A DNA stretch of 63,550 bases, counting the filler, from Choristocarpus tenellus KU-1152 (taxonomy: Eukaryota; Protista; Phaeophyceae): the NCBI GenBank assembly GCA_964200185.2. It is 8 parts of 8 records of this genome, joined end to end, with 100 filler letters (N's around TTAATTAATTAA, not from the genome) between each part and the next. Parts side by side here need not be neighbours in the genome. Positions count along the whole stretch, not along the records: positions 55,365 to 60,434 come from CAXNAD020011978.1; positions 60,535 to 63,550 come from CAXNAD020022915.1; 6 more parts are not named here. One strand, written 5' to 3'. The translations under genes and the position numbers were made by a program. Positions within the stretch are counted from its first letter, which is position 1. The number at the start of each line of letters is the position of its first letter. Under the pieces are notes generated by a model, which saw nothing but the letters and a program-made list of their open reading frames with translations, was not told the origin of the DNA and made no database searches. Shown here in pieces: positions 60,233 to 63,550 of the stretch.

Positions 60233-60757
60233 TAGCAGTAAGAGGAGTGGCAGTGATAATCGTGCTTGCAACACTGGAAGCCATGCATCGAGAGGGCACC
60301 CAGATCTGGCTAGGTTGAAAACTCCGTCTGTTGATTCCACTCTGCAAAATATTGAGTCCGGCACATCCAATGATGGCACCTTCAGGCAGCCCTAGGTGTT
60401 ACAGGCGATATGTCTTGATGGCGGTTTCATAAACNNNNNNNNNNNNNNNNNNNNNNNNNNNNNNNNNNNNNNNNNNNNTTAATTAATTAANNNNNNNNNN
60501 NNNNNNNNNNNNNNNNNNNNNNNNNNNNNNNNNNCCTTAAAAAGTGCCGCAACATTTACAAAAAAAAAACATATGGGCACTTTCCGCGCGCCATTTTGGG
60601 TGACAAACCCATCCTCCACAGTATGCTCCATCCTCAATTTTGGTGAGAGGCTGTTCTATGTGTTTCTAATCTCATATATTGTTCACACTTGTTAGAACGC
60701 GAGAAACAATGCTCGCACTATTCGCCTGTCACAAAAATTCGTGTTTGCTAAATAAAA

Positions 60758-62124
60758 CACAAGAAGAAATGCTCGCGCTATTCGCCTGTAACAAGTCATC
60801 TGTCCAGCCATCTGAGTGAAGGTATGTTAGAGGGTATGAGTTTTGCCCTGCTTGTCCGTTTTGGGGCTTGGCTTCCCACGGGTTTTTTATGACATTTTCT
60901 TACTCCGTAATGTTTCGGAGTAGGTAGGAGTAGGTAAAATGTGTACGTTATGAAAAGGTGTGTCCGGAACAAGAATCTTGACACTCCCTAACAAACACGA
61001 TATCCAAAATTACATCAAAATCGCAACATTGGATTTTGGCCCTCAAATGGACGGAGCTCTACCCTCTAAGGTACTTTGACTGATCCAACGACTTGCGGAT
61101 GCTTTTCTTGGGAAGGTGTACTATAAATATTAATGAATACATCATAATGAGTGTAATTTACCAAAGTTACAGTACTGTATACATAAGGCATTGGTATACT
61201 GTGCAAGGGTGGTGTAGATGTGATCCTTGCTGCACCGCCACAGCTTCATCAAAATGGACTCACCAAGGGCAATGTGCAATAGATATCTACATGTAACTAC
61301 TCTTGAAGGTACATTGAAGCACACACAGCAAGGGCGTCGCTCTGCCATCGTTCAAGGACAAGTATATAGTGCCTTACAAAAACAACATTCTCAGTCCATG
61401 ATCACAAGATCAGTCAAAAATTTGAAACGTGTCCCTGTTGAAGAGGCCCGGGTTTAATAATATACCATAATACAGGGTGCGTTAAGCAGCAAGTACATAC
61501 AGATTAACTGAGGGAAACTCTTAACTGTCTGAATTACAATGTTCCACAATTGGGTTGTGGATCATCGAGCTTAGCAATGTGATGTCAACTACGTCCTCCG
61601 GTCACCATGACATAGGGGACGATCTGCCCTTCAATTAGAGGGTTAGAAGCTCTCATTTGACGATGTAGGTTCCTCGCTTATTGTTGGAATTGATTTCGGG
61701 TGTAGCTGCTAGAATACTTCACAGCTGGCTTTGGTAGCGATATGCCCAACACGCCAATCGGTCAATGTCGACAATACGGCAATATACAGTACCTCCTACT
61801 GTGACTTACACCTCTCTCAAACTTTTGACCGAACATTTTTTTCAGCCTGCCGCGGGTACAGGGTGCATTTCCACCCCTTCAAGAGTTTTATACTGTACAG
61901 TTACTGGCTGTACTACATCGATCTTTACGTCATTGTCACAAGACAAGATTGGATGCAGTACCGCACTGGACTACTATACTGTACTACTGCGGCAGACTGC
62001 ATTTGTAATTGTGAGAGGTAACTTTAGAACAACACACACCAACTATACAGCACAGCACGTTTTGTTTTACTCCCAGTGTACAGAGAGTGTTACAGGCGAA
62101 TAGCGCGAGAATTTCTTCCCGTGT
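60758..62124. repeat. ~35-bp inverted repeat pair (possible TIR element of ~1.35 kb)
   Basis: cacaagaagaaatgctcgcgctattcgcctgtaaca versus tgttacaggcgaatagcgcgagaatttcttcccgtg; an additional direct copy at 60701-60733. Confidence 0.65.
60814..61082 (+). mobile_element. MITE copy 11
   Basis: Family TIRs and interior; flanks atct/atcc. Confidence 0.88.
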
Positions 62125-63064
62125 CCTAGCAAGCACGAGCAGTATACTCGCGTGGGGAACCTTGGAAAGAGGAACTCCGTTTTGCTAAAAGTTGCAGAGT
62201 AAGATCTGTAACTTGGGAATGTATGCAACGGTTTTCAGATGTATTCCAACACCTGTAAACGAAAAATAATAAACGGTAAATGATGATAAAATAAAATAAA
62301 AAAGACCCTTGCATAATAAATGGCCTCTTGACACTTTTCTTGTCCGATACAAAGGTTTATGCACTGGTATTGATTGAGAAAGGTACCTCTGTTCTGCCGA
62401 CCTGACGTCCGGTAACCTCGTTGGACCTTTAACTGTCGGGGTATCCTGGGAGGCTTGTACGAGCATCATCAGCGTCATCTGTAGGCCTGTGGATTGGTTG
62501 GAGCTATACATCCTATGGAGGTAAGCTTTTGGAGTGTGCTGCAACAAGAGCACTTGACAGACTAAGCAGGAACTGCTGTTTTGAAATGTACGAGGTACAT
62601 CGCGAGTGGCTATTTTGCACCTTGTAACACCTTGTACAAGGTGTCCCTATAATTAATGTCATTTTGATATGTAGGAGGCACATCACAAGTGGACATTTTG
62701 CACCTTCTGACACCTTGTACAAGGCGTCCCTATAAATTATTCCTATATGGGACGTACCTACCGTGTTCTTACTCCAACCGGTGTCATTGTTACTACACGT
62801 AATCTAACCTGGCTGTCAACTAATGACCCCAGTCTTGCCCCAGTAGGAGAGGTTGGCCCTACTTAGGGGAGGGGGGGGGAGGGCTTGATGCAGACCCTCA
62901 TTCCGAGGACAAGTTTTCCCATCGCGAAGCATGTTGTCCACTATTAGATGTACAGTCTAATTTGTTCATCTCGCTCCTCCACTTCATCCCTACCTGATGA
63001 CTCTTCCTGCAGCAACGGAAATGAGGACAAGTTTGTACTAGGTGAGAGATCATCTATTAGCAAC

Positions 63065-63235
63065 AAAGGAGATGGTTTGACTGATGATCCTCTCCCTGGT
63101 GAAGGGAATGTTGGTCAGATTGTCAAGGATCTGACTGTTGACCCTTCCCCTGGTGATGGGGAGGTAGGTCAGGTTGACATGAGCCTGTCCAGAGACACTA
63201 CCCAAGGCGATGAAGGCAGTGTAGGACACGCCTCA
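63065..63235. repeat. Degenerate tandem repeat (~54-nt unit, about 3 copies) in a low-complexity open frame
   Basis: LTDDPLPGEGNVGQ / LTVDPSPGDGEVGQ / LSRDTTQGDEGSVG in ORF 62948-63256. Confidence 0.55.
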
Positions 63236-63495
63236 TCCTTGAGTTCAGTCCCATAGTATCTTAGAGGGGCGGTGTTTAGCTCAGGTTGTCCATTCGGGAC
63301 TTGATGGAGTTCTGTAAGATACTCAAGTTTCGTGTCCATGTTGCCAGTGGATTTCCTTAGGATTTGGTTTATCAGGCAGGGGGGTGGAAAAGAAGGTGCG
63401 TTCGGATTAAGGAAATTGCCGTTACATCCACATTCACTCAGATAAAATGAAAATCACTACAGGTTCACACAGGCCCCGAATGGACATCTGATCCC

Positions 63496-63550
63496 GAGTC
63501 AAAGTGTCTGAGAGGGTAGAGCCGCGTCCATTTGGGGGTCAAAATCCAAT
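63496..63550 (-). mobile_element. MITE copy 12, cut by window end
   Basis: gagtcaaagtgtctgagagggtagagccgcgtccatttgggggtcaaaatccaat. Confidence 0.85.

Overview
Repeat-rich eukaryotic DNA, most likely a brown alga or close stramenopile relative. This is inferred from the intron-rich genes, the SRWSC discoidin-like domains and the TTAGGG-type motifs. The window is not contiguous: eight contigs are joined by artificial N44-TTAATTAATTAA-N44 linkers, so adjacency across linkers is uninformative. Host genes: (i) a ~19 kb minus-strand multi-exon gene with cysteine-containing LRRs followed by IQ motifs; (ii) a 7-exon secreted protein with two F5/8C/discoidin-like domains; (iii) an 8-exon secreted or surface-anchored protein with two internal repeats and a P/T/S stalk; (iv) an isolated TPX2-like exon. 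Mobile DNA dominates. There are about 12 copies of a ~260-bp MITE with GAG...CTC ends and 3-4 bp TSDs (Sola2-like), and larger elements with related poly-G termini that coincide with contig breaks. There are also four copies of a TA-flanked Tc1/mariner-like element with a tRNA-like module near its 3' end, and decayed Ty1/copia elements with reiterated PPTs and nested ~400-bp insertions. One contig is an almost complete palindrome. I see no clear-cut new enzymatic system; the best leads are transposon-architecture oddities. All family assignments come from reading motifs by eye, not from database searches.
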